Shown in pieces: positions 18,354-29,527 of a DNA stretch of 64,000 bases. The notes beneath the pieces were generated by a model that made no database searches, had not been told where the DNA came from, and saw nothing but the letters and a program-made list of their open reading frames with translations. The stretch covers positions 3,552,001 through 3,616,000 of the forward strand of contig OZ245002.1 in the NCBI GenBank assembly GCA_965223415.1. Reading direction: 5' to 3'. This stretch comes from Myxococcota bacterium. Its GTDB lineage: Bacteria > Myxococcota_A > UBA9160 > UBA6930. The translations under genes were made by a program, and so were the position numbers. Each line of letters opens with the position of its first letter. The first letter of the stretch is position 1.

Positions 18354-18848
18354 CTAGCGCAGGTCGAAGCGATCCACGATCGGAAGGAAGATCCCCGCAT
18401 CGATCACGCCCCGGTGAAGGGTGCGGGTGCCGTCGCGCTCGACCGCGATGGCGAAGGGGGCCCGTCCGCCTCCGGAGCAGCGGCGCGGGAAGTCGACGCC
18501 GATGCGGTAGCGGCCCTTCGGCGGCGTCTCCCAGCGCACGGTCTCGAAGTGCGGGGCCGGCGTCTCACAGCGGGCGTCCGCGTCCAGGGCGCCTCCGCTG
18601 CGGCTGCGATCGTTGGCGAAGTAGACCGACTCCTCGAGCGGGTCGGTCACGAACAGGTCGAGATCGACCTCCGCTTCGAAGGCGAGACGCACGCGCAGCT
18701 CGCCGGGCGGGGCCGGCGGAGCCTCGGTCAGGGAGGCGGCCAGGGCTTCGGCCCGTTCGGTGAGCTCCGACCCCCACGGCGCCGGGTCCACGGGGATGGT
18801 CGCCGGGGTGGGCGGGCCGCCGCAGGCGCCCAGTAGGAGCGCCGCCAT
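18354..18848 (-). CDS. Hypothetical lipoprotein with a YfaP-like beta domain
   Basis: Lipobox LLLGAC, then VRLAFEAEVDLDLFVTDP, GGALDAD and GRYRIGVDF. Confidence 0.65.
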   Translation of the reverse strand: MAALLLGACGGPPTPATIPVDPAPWGSELTERAEALAASLTEAPPAPPGELRVRLAFEAEVDLDLFVTDPLEESVYFANDRSRSGGALDADARCETPAPHFETVRWETPPKGRYRIGVDFPRRCSGGGRAPFAIAVERDGTRTLHRGVIDAGIFLPIVDRFDLR

Positions 18849-18918
18849 GAAGGCCTGGGGCGCGCGGCGCAGGCCGCGCGCCGGGGTATCCTGGGGCGGA
18901 ACCTCGGGAGGCGGCGAG

Positions 18919-20760
18919 ATGACGAACGGGCGAAGCGACACGGCGGGCCGGTTCTTCCTGGGTTGGGTAGCCGGCATGGTAGCCGGCCTCGGCCTGGTGT
19001 CGTCGCCGGCGGCGGCGGGGGTGCTGGCCGGCACCGTTCGCGACGTCGACGGCCCGGTGATCGGCGCCATGGTCACGGTGCAGCACGGCGACCCGATCTA
19101 CGCGTTGACCGTCTTCACCGACACGGAGGGCTTCTTCCGCACGCCCGAGCTCGCGGCGGAGCGGGTCGCTCTCCGGGTGCGGCGCATCGGCTGGAAGGAC
19201 CACCGGGAGGACGCGGTCCCGGTCCCCGAGGAAGGCCTGCTCGTCGAGCTGGAGCGCGAGACCGATCCGGCGCTCCTGGCCGCCCAGCTTCCCGCCCACC
19301 GCTGGCTGCCCCTCCTCACCGACCAGATCGAGGATGCCCAGCACCGGGAGCAGTTCGTGCGCCAGTGCACCTACTGTCACCAGCAAGGCAACCCCGCCAC
19401 GCGCGTGCCCCGGGAAGACTGGCAGTGGGAGAAGATCCTCTCCCTCATGGCCCGCATGGGCGGCATCCTGCCCCTCGAGCTGCGCGCCCAGGTGCCCGAG
19501 CTCTTCCGCAAGGCCTACGACCCGGCGACCGCGGTCCCCGCCCTTACCGCGGGCGCGGGCTCGCCGGACTTCGCGCCCGCGCCGCCCGCCGACGTGCGCC
19601 AGGCGGTGATCGAGGAATGGGAGCTCGGCTCCCGCTCGTCGATGCAGCACGACCTGGCCTTCCACCCGGACGGCCGCGCCTACTCCGTCGACATGATGCA
19701 CGACAAGCTCTACCGGCTCGATCCGGCGACGGGCGAAGCCGCCGCCTTCCCGATCGATTCCGACCTCGGGCTCGGAGGCGTGTTCGGCGGCCGCGATCAG
19801 CCGCTGCCGCCCACCGCCGACGCGCGGGAGGGCCCCCACTCCCTGCAGTTCGGCCCCGACGGGGACGTGTGGATCACCTTCGCCCTCGGCAACAAGCTCG
19901 GCCGCTTCGACGTCGCCACCGAGACCTGGACGAGCTACCCACTCGAGGAGGGCTACTACCCGCACACCCTGCGCTTCGACGGCAAGGGCCGGGTGTGGTT
20001 CACGATCGCGGCCTCGAACCATCTCGGCATGTTCGATCCCGAGACCGAGACCTTCCGGACCCAGCGGCTTCCGGCCGGGAGCCTCGGCCAGGACATCGCC
20101 CTGCGGCTGCTCCCGCTCATCCTGTGGGCCGCGGACACCTTCGGCGGCGCGTCCGGCGTCGGCATGGAGGGGGGCGACCCGGACTTCATGCCCGTGCCCT
20201 ACGGCATCGACGTCGCGCCGGACGGCTCGGTCTGGTTCAGCCAGCTGAACCAGCACAAGATCGGACGCATCGACCCGGAGACCTTCGAGGTGCAGATGGT
20301 GGAGACGCCCTTCCCGGCGCCCCGCCGCCTGCGCTTCGATTCGGAGAACGGGCTGTGGATCCCGAGCTTCTCCTCCGGCAAGCTCGCGCGCTTCGACGTC
20401 GTGACCCGCGAGTTCGAGGAGTGGGTCCTCCCCACGGCGAAGGAGGGCGTCGAGACGCCCTACGCCCTGCACGTGAACCGCAAGACCGACGAGGTCTGGG
20501 TCTGCGGCACGAACTCCGACACGCTCATGCGCTTCGACCCGAAGGCCGAGCGCTTCACCGTCTATCCCCTGCCGACCCGCGTCACCTACACCCGGGAGAT
20601 CGATTTCGACGAGCAGGGGCGGGTGTGGACCTCGAACTCCAATGCGCCCACGTGGCAGGTCGAGGGCGGCTTCCCGCGGGTCCTGCGCCTGGATCCGGAC
20701 GGCGGGCTCGCCGCCGGTCCCGCCGAGATCGTGCTCGGCGGGCAGGAAGCAGGCCGGTGA
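18919..20760 (+). CDS. Secreted protein: carboxypeptidase-regulatory-like domain, c-type heme and Vgb (streptogramin lyase)-like beta-propeller
   Basis: Signal peptide, GTVRDVDGPVIGAMVTV, CTYCH heme motif, and repeats such as PHSLQFGPDGDVW and PYGIDVAPDGSVW. Confidence 0.8.
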   Translation: MTNGRSDTAGRFFLGWVAGMVAGLGLVSSPAAAGVLAGTVRDVDGPVIGAMVTVQHGDPIYALTVFTDTEGFFRTPELAAERVALRVRRIGWKDHREDAVPVPEEGLLVELERETDPALLAAQLPAHRWLPLLTDQIEDAQHREQFVRQCTYCHQQGNPATRVPREDWQWEKILSLMARMGGILPLELRAQVPELFRKAYDPATAVPALTAGAGSPDFAPAPPADVRQAVIEEWELGSRSSMQHDLAFHPDGRAYSVDMMHDKLYRLDPATGEAAAFPIDSDLGLGGVFGGRDQPLPPTADAREGPHSLQFGPDGDVWITFALGNKLGRFDVATETWTSYPLEEGYYPHTLRFDGKGRVWFTIAASNHLGMFDPETETFRTQRLPAGSLGQDIALRLLPLILWAADTFGGASGVGMEGGDPDFMPVPYGIDVAPDGSVWFSQLNQHKIGRIDPETFEVQMVETPFPAPRRLRFDSENGLWIPSFSSGKLARFDVVTREFEEWVLPTAKEGVETPYALHVNRKTDEVWVCGTNSDTLMRFDPKAERFTVYPLPTRVTYTREIDFDEQGRVWTSNSNAPTWQVEGGFPRVLRLDPDGGLAAGPAEIVLGGQEAGR

Positions 20761-21773
20761 AGCAGCGCAGGCTCGGCCGGACCGGCATCACCGTGTCCGA
20801 GATCGGCATGGGCACGATGACCTTCGGCTCGATGGCCGACGAAGGCGAGAGCCTGAAGATCCTCGACCGGGCCTTCGACGCCGGCGTCGACTTCCTCGAC
20901 GTCGCCGAGATCTACCCGGTGCCGCCGGATCGGAGCACGGCCGGGCGCAGCGAGGAGATCTGCGGAAAGTGGCTCGCGTCGAAGCCCCGGGACGCGCTGG
21001 TGGTGGCCTCGAAGATCGCCGGGCCCACCGGCGGCTGGTTCCAAGGTCCGGTGCGCTACGGCAAGACCGCCCTCGACCGCCACCAGATCGAGCGCGCGGT
21101 GGAGGGCAGCCTGCGCCGGCTCGGACTCGACTACCTCGACCTCTACCAGGTGCACTGGCCCGACCCGGGCCTTCCGATCGAGGAGACCCTCGAGGGGCTC
21201 GACCGCGTGGTGGAGGCCGGCAAGGCGCGCGCCGTCGGCTGCAGCAACGAGACCTGCGGCGGCCTGATGGAGAGCCTGTGGGCCGCGGACAAGCACGCCA
21301 CCGTCCGCTACGAGACGATCCAGAACAACTTCAGCCTGCTGAACCGTCGCTTCGAGGACGAGCTGGCCGCGGTCTGCCGCAAGCACGACGTGAGCCTGCT
21401 GCCCTACAGCCCGATCGCAGCGGGGGTGCTCTCCGGCAAGTACCAGGACGACGTGTGGCCCGAGGGTTGCCGCTTCACCCGTTACCGCGAGCTCAGCGCG
21501 CGCACCAAGGCGATGACCGCGCGCTTCGTCAACTCGCGCAGCATCGACGCGGCGAACCGCTTCGCCGCCGTGGCGTTCGAGCACGAGATCTCCCCGGTCA
21601 CCTTCGCCGTCGCCTGGACCCTGAGCCGCGATTTCGTCGCCTCCACCCTGATCGGCGCCACCGACGCGCGACAGCTCGAGGAGAGCCTCGCCGCCGCGAG
21701 CGTCACCCTCGACCCGGCCGCCCTGTCCGCCTGCGACGCCATCTCGAAGGCGGTGCCCTACCCGCTCGGGTGA
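20757..21773 (+). CDS. Aldo/keto reductase (Tas-like)
   Basis: RLGRTGITVSEIGMGTMTFG, LDVAEIYP, DLYQVHWP and LLPYSPIAAGVLSGKY. Confidence 0.92.
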   Translation: MKQRRLGRTGITVSEIGMGTMTFGSMADEGESLKILDRAFDAGVDFLDVAEIYPVPPDRSTAGRSEEICGKWLASKPRDALVVASKIAGPTGGWFQGPVRYGKTALDRHQIERAVEGSLRRLGLDYLDLYQVHWPDPGLPIEETLEGLDRVVEAGKARAVGCSNETCGGLMESLWAADKHATVRYETIQNNFSLLNRRFEDELAAVCRKHDVSLLPYSPIAAGVLSGKYQDDVWPEGCRFTRYRELSARTKAMTARFVNSRSIDAANRFAAVAFEHEISPVTFAVAWTLSRDFVASTLIGATDARQLEESLAAASVTLDPAALSACDAISKAVPYPLG

Positions 21774-21843
21774 CGGCCTGCCCGAAACCCTCCCCGGGTG
21801 CCCGTCGTACCTCCTCCGCAACCGCGCCCGAAGGAGCCCCGCC

Positions 21844-22245
21844 GTGATCCGCTTCGTCCTGGCCCTCGCCCTCCTGCTCTCTCCCGTCGTCTCGTTCGCC
21901 GCCGACGATCCCTCGATCCAGGGCGCGCGCCGGGCCGGGATCCAGGCTGCCATGAAGTCCTTCATCGAGGGGCAGTCCGTGGCCGAGCGGCTGCTCCACT
22001 ACGACCCGGTGGCCGGCGAGCTGCTGCAGCTGCGCCTCGCCGAGCTCCACGAGGGCATCGTCAAGAAGGGCGACTTCTACGTGAGCTGCGCCGACTTCAC
22101 TGGCGAGGACGGCCGCCGTTACGACCTGGACTTCCTGGTCGTTCCCGCCGGCGAGGGATACCGCGTGAACCAGGCCATCGTCCACGCCGTCGAGGGCCAG
22201 AAGCGCAAGTACCACCTCGAGAGCCGCTGGCCCAGCCTGTTCTAG
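21844..22245 (+). CDS. Secreted hypothetical protein
   Basis: Signal peptide MIRFVLALALLLSPVVSFA, AGGAG RBS, normal codon usage. Confidence 0.75.
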   Translation: MIRFVLALALLLSPVVSFAADDPSIQGARRAGIQAAMKSFIEGQSVAERLLHYDPVAGELLQLRLAELHEGIVKKGDFYVSCADFTGEDGRRYDLDFLVVPAGEGYRVNQAIVHAVEGQKRKYHLESRWPSLF

Positions 22246-22345
22246 GCTCCGCTCGCCCCGGGGCGCCTGCGCCGCGCGCGGAGCCCGAGCAGCAGCGCGA
22301 GGGCCGGCAGCAGCTCGGGCCCGAGGCCGCAGGTCGGCGACGGTG
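22242..22345 (-). pseudogene. Orphan C-terminal protein-sorting tail (Cys motif, TM helix, Arg cluster) with no attached gene
   Basis: The minus-strand frame reads ...LPPSPTCGLGPELLPALALLLGLRARRRRPGASGA*. There is an in-frame stop at 22404-22406 and no start codon in between. Confidence 0.6.
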
Positions 22346-22428
22346 GGAGCGTGGAGGACGAGGGTCGGAACCGCGCCGACCAAAAACACCGAGGGATTTT
22401 CCCTCACTCTGCCCGCGCTGCGGTGGTC

Positions 22429-23376
22429 TCAGGCCTCGACGCCGGTCCCTTCCATCCGGGCGACCGGCAGCTCCTGTGCAGCTTCGAAGCCTACCCGCCG
22501 CTCCGCCCGTTGCGGGTGGAGGATGCGGGCCAGGAGCTCGAGGCTGTCCACCAGGCGCGGGCCCGGGCGGTTGAAGTAGGCGTTGCCGTCCACGAGGAAC
22601 ACCCGGCCCGCCTTCACGGCGCCCAGCTCGCTCCACCCCGGCAGGCGCTCGAGGACCGGAAGCTCCCGGCGGGTGCGGGCGAGGTCGAAGCCGCAGGGGA
22701 GCAGGACGATCACGTCCGGGTCGGCTCGGCGCAGCTCGTCCCATGGGAGCGTGGGGGAGGGGTGGCCGGGGGTTCCGAAGAGCGGCTCGCCGCCGGCCAG
22801 CGCCACGAGCTCCGGCATCCAGTTGCCCGCCGCCATCAGCGGGTCCAGCCACTCGATGCACGCGACCCGCGGGCGCGGAGCGATTGCTCCGGTGCGCTCG
22901 CCGACAGCGGTTACCCGGTCGGTCAGCTCGGCGATCAACGCCTCGCCGCGCGCCTCCCGGCCGAGGGCAGCGGCGAGCGTCCGGATCTGGTCCCACACGC
23001 CAGCGAGATCGGCGGGCGCGACGGAGACCAGGCGGGGCGCGGCGCCGGTCCACGTACGGAGGGCGGCCTCCACGTCCGCCAGGCTGGCGGCGCACACCGC
23101 GCAGTGGTCTTGGGTGAGGATCAGGTCCGGCCGCAGCTCCCGCAGCCGCCGTGTCTCCACCTCGTAGATCGACAGTCCCTGCTGCACGAGCCGCTTCACC
23201 CGGTCGTCGATGCGGCGGGACGGCCCATCGGGCTCGAACTTCGGGCGCGTGCAGACCGGCAGCCCGCCGACCCCCGGCGGGTGGTCGCACTCGTGGGAGC
23301 GCCCGACCAGCTCGTCCGCCGCGCCGAGGGCGCAGACGATCTCCGTCAGGCTCGGCAGCAGGGAGACGACGCGCAT
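22429..23376 (-). CDS. BtuF/TroA-like cobalamin/iron substrate-binding family protein (no signal peptide seen)
   Basis: MRVVSLLPSLTEIVCALG, VGRSHECDHP, LILTQDHCAVCA, EWLDPLMAAGNWMPE and YFNRPGPRLVDS. Confidence 0.88.
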   Translation of the reverse strand: MRVVSLLPSLTEIVCALGAADELVGRSHECDHPPGVGGLPVCTRPKFEPDGPSRRIDDRVKRLVQQGLSIYEVETRRLRELRPDLILTQDHCAVCAASLADVEAALRTWTGAAPRLVSVAPADLAGVWDQIRTLAAALGREARGEALIAELTDRVTAVGERTGAIAPRPRVACIEWLDPLMAAGNWMPELVALAGGEPLFGTPGHPSPTLPWDELRRADPDVIVLLPCGFDLARTRRELPVLERLPGWSELGAVKAGRVFLVDGNAYFNRPGPRLVDSLELLARILHPQRAERRVGFEAAQELPVARMEGTGVEA

Positions 23377-23379
23377 GGG

Positions 23380-24255
23380 CTAAAGATACTGCCCCGTGCC
23401 GGCGCCCGGCTTGGTCGGCGGCGGCGATTCGGCGGAGCGGCCGGCCAGCACCTCCTGGTAGGTGACGCCGCCGAACATCTGCTTCAGCCGATCGTCCCAC
23501 TCGTCCGCCGTCGAGGCCACCACCCCGATCGCAAAGCGCAGCTCCTCCTCCCGGAACTGCTCACCGAGCAGGGTCTCGTCGAACCAGATCGAGCGGTTCT
23601 CCGTGTCGAGGGCGAAACGGCCGAACATGAGGCCGAAGTTGAGGCGCGCCAGGAAGAGCCCGAGCTCCGGCGTCACCTCCACACCGACGTTGGCGATGGC
23701 GAAGACGCGCACCACGATCTGTCCGTTCGGAGCGGCGCGCGGCGAGACCATCACGTGGACCTCCTGGATGGGGAGCACATAGTCGCCGTCGCTGTCCTGC
23801 TCCGGCCGGCTTCCCAGGAGCTCGGTGACGATGTCCTCGATCCGCGTCCGGGCCACGGCCAGTTTCTTCAGGGCCTCGTGCTCCGCCCGATGGCTGCCGT
23901 GCCCCACGTCGAGGCGGCCGTCGGCCTTCTCGTCGAAGACGCCGGTGAGCAGCTCGCGCAGCAGGGTCACCGCCTCCTGGGCGCTCGCCGCCTCCCGGGT
24001 CCACGGCTTGTCCGGGTCGTCCGGATCCTCGGAGGTGAAGCCGCGATCGCGCAGCGCGGTCCGGACGGCGGCCGGAAGCTCCGCCATGACCGGTGGCCGG
24101 CCCGGCACCCGGACCTGGAGGCGGCTGTCCTCGAGGCGCGTCGTCTCGAGCAGACGATCCGATCGACCCGGAGGCATGACGGCCACGAAGTCGAAGGGCG
24201 CGAGCGCCTCGACCTCCGCGACCAGGAAGGCGTGAACCACGTCGGGATCGGTCAC
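23380..24255 (-). CDS. YbjN/type III secretion chaperone-like domain protein
   Basis: C-terminal EQDSDGDYVL...VVRVFAIAN...LARLNFGLMFGRFAL...VASTADEWDDRLKQMFGG. Probable GTG start at 24255. Confidence 0.65.
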   Translation of the reverse strand: MTDPDVVHAFLVAEVEALAPFDFVAVMPPGRSDRLLETTRLEDSRLQVRVPGRPPVMAELPAAVRTALRDRGFTSEDPDDPDKPWTREAASAQEAVTLLRELLTGVFDEKADGRLDVGHGSHRAEHEALKKLAVARTRIEDIVTELLGSRPEQDSDGDYVLPIQEVHVMVSPRAAPNGQIVVRVFAIANVGVEVTPELGLFLARLNFGLMFGRFALDTENRSIWFDETLLGEQFREEELRFAIGVVASTADEWDDRLKQMFGGVTYQEVLAGRSAESPPPTKPGAGTGQYL

Positions 24256-24319
24256 GATCGCCTCCTGCCGGTGCGGCCGGTGTCCATGCCGCCCGGATTG
24301 TGTAGCGTCGCCGCCTGCC

Positions 24320-25183
24320 ATGGGCGAGCGAGTCGCGTTCCTCTGTCTCGGGGCGATGGGTTTCCCCATGGCGGGGCACCTGGCGGCCGCCGGCCACGCG
24401 GTGACGGTCTACAACCGCACGCCGTCGAAGAGCGAGGCCTGGGTCCGGGCCCATGGTGGCGAGCGAGCCGGAACCCCCGGCGAGGCCGCCCGCGAGGCCA
24501 GCTTCGTCTTCTGCTGCACCGGCAACGACGACGACCTGCGGCAGGTCGCCGAGCCGGCCATCGACGCCATGGGCGAAGGCACCTTCTTCGTCGACCACAC
24601 GACGGCCTCCGCCTCGGGCGCGCGGGCCCTGGCCGCGCGGGCGGGGGCCCGGGGCGTGGGATTCGTCGACGCGCCGGTCTCCGGCGGCGAGGAGGGGGCC
24701 CGGACCGGGCGCCTCACCGTCATGGCCGGCGGGGAGCGTGCCGCCTTCGATGCCGCCCGGCCGCTGATCCGGGCGTTCGCGCACCAGGCCACGTGGATGG
24801 GACCGGCGGGCGCGGGCCAGCTGACGAAGATGGTCAACCAGGTCTGCATCGCCGGCGTGATCGAGGGCCTCGCCGAGGGGCTCGCGTTCGCCGAGCGTGC
24901 CGGCCTCGATCCCGCCCGTGTGGTCGAGGTGATCTCGAAGGGCGCCGCCCAGTCGTGGCAGATGGACCAACGCGCCGGGACGATGATCGAGGGCCGCTTC
25001 GACTTCGGCTTCGCTGTCGACTGGATGCGCAAGGACCTGGCGATCGCCCTGGCCGAGGCTCGACGAAGCGGCGCGCGCCTGCCCCTCGCCGCCCTGGTGG
25101 ACCAGCTCTACGCCGCCGTGCAGGCCCGAGGCGGCGGGCGCTGGGACACGTCGAGCCTCCTGACCCTGCTTCGCGACGACTGA
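24320..25183 (+). CDS. 3-hydroxyisobutyrate dehydrogenase/2-hydroxy-3-oxopropionate reductase family NAD(P)-dependent oxidoreductase
   Basis: LGAMGFPMAGHL, VYNRT, FVDAPVSGG and GQLTKMVNQ. Confidence 0.92.
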   Translation: MGERVAFLCLGAMGFPMAGHLAAAGHAVTVYNRTPSKSEAWVRAHGGERAGTPGEAAREASFVFCCTGNDDDLRQVAEPAIDAMGEGTFFVDHTTASASGARALAARAGARGVGFVDAPVSGGEEGARTGRLTVMAGGERAAFDAARPLIRAFAHQATWMGPAGAGQLTKMVNQVCIAGVIEGLAEGLAFAERAGLDPARVVEVISKGAAQSWQMDQRAGTMIEGRFDFGFAVDWMRKDLAIALAEARRSGARLPLAALVDQLYAAVQARGGGRWDTSSLLTLLRDD

Positions 25184-25202
25184 TCGGAAGGCCGCTTCCG
25201 CT

Positions 25203-25230
25203 TCATCTGGACGTGCCGGTCGGCCGATAA
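25203..25230 (+). promoter_or_regulatory. Sigma28-like promoter
   Basis: TCAT-N16-GCCGATAA (consensus -10), ending 7 nt before ATG 25238. Confidence 0.6.
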
Positions 25231-25237
25231 TGCCGGG

Positions 25238-26986
25238 ATGCATCCCGCGCTGCTCCCCATGTGCCTGAGCTTCGTGGCCACGGCGAGCCTGGCCGCGGTG
25301 CTCGCCTGGCAATCGGGGAAAACCCGGATCCACTGGGCGCTTCTCTCGCTGCTCCTGGCCGTGGTTCTCTGGACCGCCGGCGCGAGCTGGCGCTACCTCG
25401 CCGGCGATCTCGCCCACGTGCATGCCGCCTACCGGATCTCCTTCCTGGGTGCTTCGTTCGCACCCGGGGCTTGGCTGCTGCTTTGTGGTCACTTCTCCCG
25501 GGTCGAGTGGTTCGAGGTACGGCCCGCGGCGACCGCGCTCTGCCTGCTCCCCGGAGCGCTGTTCTACCTGGCCTTCGTCACCAACGACGCCCACGGCTGG
25601 GTGGCGCAGATCGACGCCGCCGGCGTCGTGAACGGCCCGCTCTTGCAGGTCTTCCTGCTGTGGAGCTACGGCCAGGTGATCGCGGGGATGACACTGCTGC
25701 TCCGGCAGGCGCGGGAGCTGGCGGGGCAGGGTGGACGGGTCCGCGCAGCCGTCCTGATCTCGGCCGCACTGGCGCCCCTCACCGTCAGCGTCGCCTACCA
25801 ACTCGGCTGGACCGGCCTGCGCTGGGACCCGACGGCGTCGGCCCTCGGCGTTTCCGCGGTCCTTCTCTACCCCCTGGTCTTCCGCTTCGGCTTCCTCGAG
25901 CGGGTGCCGCTGGTGCGGCGGGACGTCTTCGACCACCTGCGGGACGGCGTGCTGGTGGCCGACGCCGACGCCCGGGTGGTCGACCTGAACCCGGCGGCCG
26001 AATCCCTGCTGGGAGCTCCCGCCGAGCGCGTTCGCGGACGCGCCCTGGTGCATTGCCTGGAGGAGATCGTCGAGCCCGCCGATCGCGGTGCCCTGGCGAT
26101 GGCGACCGAGGGCCCGGGGCCCGGCGGACCGCGCGTCCTGCCCGAGGTGAACACCCTCTCCGGCCGCCTCCTGCGTCTCTCCTCGGGAGCGCTCGGTGAC
26201 GCCGGCACCGTCGTCGTGCTCCACGACCGCACCGAGGAGCGCAAGAGCGAGCGGGCGCTGCGGCAGGCCCAGAAGCTCGAGAGCGTGGGTTTCCTGGCGG
26301 CGGGGGTCGCCCACGAGGTGAACAATCCGCTGGCCTTCGTGCGCTCGAACCTCGCCCACATCCGGGCGGCCTGCGATTCGCTGGAGGAGCTCGCGAAGTC
26401 CGAACGGGCGGAGCTCCCGGCGGATCTCGTGGAGCTGCCCGAGGTGGTTGTCGAGACTCTCGAGGGCGTCGAGCGCATCGCCGGCATCGTCGACCAGATG
26501 CGCCGGCTCTCCCGGGACGCGACGGAGGAGGAGGGCCCGGTCGACCTCAACGACGTCGTGCGGGAGGCGATGCGCTTCGCCGATCTCCACCGGGGGAGCG
26601 CCGACGTGGCCGTGGAGGCGGAGCTCGCGGAGGGGATCCCCGCCGTCGCCGGCAACCGGGACGCGCTCGTGCAGGTGCTGCTCAATCTCCTGCTGAACGC
26701 GCGGCAGGCCCTCGGCGATGCGCCGGGTGGGAGCATCCGCGTCGGGACGGGCGCCGGGGAGGAGGGGGTCTTCGCGCGGGTGGCCGACGACGGGCCCGGC
26801 ATCCCGCCGCAGATCCGCGAGCGGATCTTCGACCCGTTCTTCACGACCAAGGCGCCGGACGAGGGCACGGGGCTCGGGCTGGCGATCGCCTGGGACATCG
26901 TGCGGGAGCATCGGGGGACGATCGAGGTGGCGTCGCCGCTGGAGGGTGGCACGGCCTTCCGGGTCGTGCTTCCCGCGTCCACTTGA
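25238..26986 (+). CDS. Sensor histidine kinase (HisKA_7TM-like, PAS, HisKA, HATPase)
   Basis: 7TM N-terminus, [20 protein letters not shown] (PAS), [18 protein letters not shown] and [14 protein letters not shown]. Confidence 0.93.
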   Translation: MHPALLPMCLSFVATASLAAVLAWQSGKTRIHWALLSLLLAVVLWTAGASWRYLAGDLAHVHAAYRISFLGASFAPGAWLLLCGHFSRVEWFEVRPAATALCLLPGALFYLAFVTNDAHGWVAQIDAAGVVNGPLLQVFLLWSYGQVIAGMTLLLRQARELAGQGGRVRAAVLISAALAPLTVSVAYQLGWTGLRWDPTASALGVSAVLLYPLVFRFGFLERVPLVRRDVFDHLRDGVLVADADARVVDLNPAAESLLGAPAERVRGRALVHCLEEIVEPADRGALAMATEGPGPGGPRVLPEVNTLSGRLLRLSSGALGDAGTVVVLHDRTEERKSERALRQAQKLESVGFLAAGVAHEVNNPLAFVRSNLAHIRAACDSLEELAKSERAELPADLVELPEVVVETLEGVERIAGIVDQMRRLSRDATEEEGPVDLNDVVREAMRFADLHRGSADVAVEAELAEGIPAVAGNRDALVQVLLNLLLNARQALGDAPGGSIRVGTGAGEEGVFARVADDGPGIPPQIRERIFDPFFTTKAPDEGTGLGLAIAWDIVREHRGTIEVASPLEGGTAFRVVLPAST

Positions 26987-27040
26987 GCGCGTCGCCACAC
27001 CGCTACACTCCGCGCCCTCACTCGGGAGGGAGGGGAGCCC

Positions 27041-28709
<1,669 letters not shown>

Positions 28710-28711
<2 letters not shown>

Positions 28712-28786
28712 AAGCGGGGCCAGAGTGAAGAATTCAGTTACCCCCCTTTGGGGGGTAACTGAATTCTTCACTCTGGCCCCGCTTCT
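28710..28786. repeat. Perfect palindrome with 37-bp arms between convergent genes (copy 2)
   Basis: AGAAGCGGGGCCAGAGTGAAGAATTCAGTTACCCCCC-TTT-GGGGGGTAACTGAATTCTTCACTCTGGCCCCGCTTCT. Confidence 0.95.
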
Positions 28787-29527
28787 TCATTTCCAGCCGG
28801 AGCCGGCGCCCTGGATCATGGCGAAGGGGCCGACGGGCCAGCGGTAGCAGTCGACCATCAGCTGGTTGACTTCCTCGTGGCTGGCGATGCCCTCTTCGAC
28901 GACGCGAGAGGCCTCGCGGAGCATGGCGGCGTAGATGCGGTTGGCGACGAAGCCCCAGGCCATGGGGTTGTCCTTCACCACCACCGGGTTCTTGCCGCAG
29001 GCGGAGGCGATCGAGACGACCTGATCGCGGACCGCGTCCGCGGTCTCGGCGGTGACGACGATCTCCGCGAACTTCATCACGAAGGCGGGTGAGGCCCAGT
29101 GCCAGCCGATCACCCTCTCCGGACGGTTCGTCGCGGCGGACAGGGCGGCGATGGGGAAGCCCGAAGTGTTCGATGCCAGGATGGCGTCTGCAGCGCAGGC
29201 GGCATCCAGGTCGCGGAACATCCGCACCTTCAGGTCGAGGCGCTCCGGGATGCACTCGATGATCAGGTCGCAGGCGGCAGCGGCCTCGAACTCCCCGGTG
29301 AAGGTGAGGCGGCTCATCGCCGCCCCCGCATCGTCCTCGCTCATCTTGCCGCGCGCGACGGCCCCCGCCAGGCCGAAGCGGCCCTCGGCGGCGTCCTTCC
29401 GGGCGGTGTCGAGGGACGCCTCCGCGATGTCCGTGCAGACCGTCCGGTAGCCGGCGGCGGCCGTGCTCTGGGCGATGCCGCCGCCCATCACACCGGCACC
29501 GATCACCCCGATCGAGAGCTCGCTCAT
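28787..29527 (-). CDS. 3-hydroxyacyl-CoA dehydrogenase family protein (short form)
   Basis: IGVIGAGVMGGGIA, IECIPERLDLK, LASNTSG, GWHWASP and GFVANRI. Confidence 0.9.
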   Translation of the reverse strand: MSELSIGVIGAGVMGGGIAQSTAAAGYRTVCTDIAEASLDTARKDAAEGRFGLAGAVARGKMSEDDAGAAMSRLTFTGEFEAAAACDLIIECIPERLDLKVRMFRDLDAACAADAILASNTSGFPIAALSAATNRPERVIGWHWASPAFVMKFAEIVVTAETADAVRDQVVSIASACGKNPVVVKDNPMAWGFVANRIYAAMLREASRVVEEGIASHEEVNQLMVDCYRWPVGPFAMIQGAGSGWK

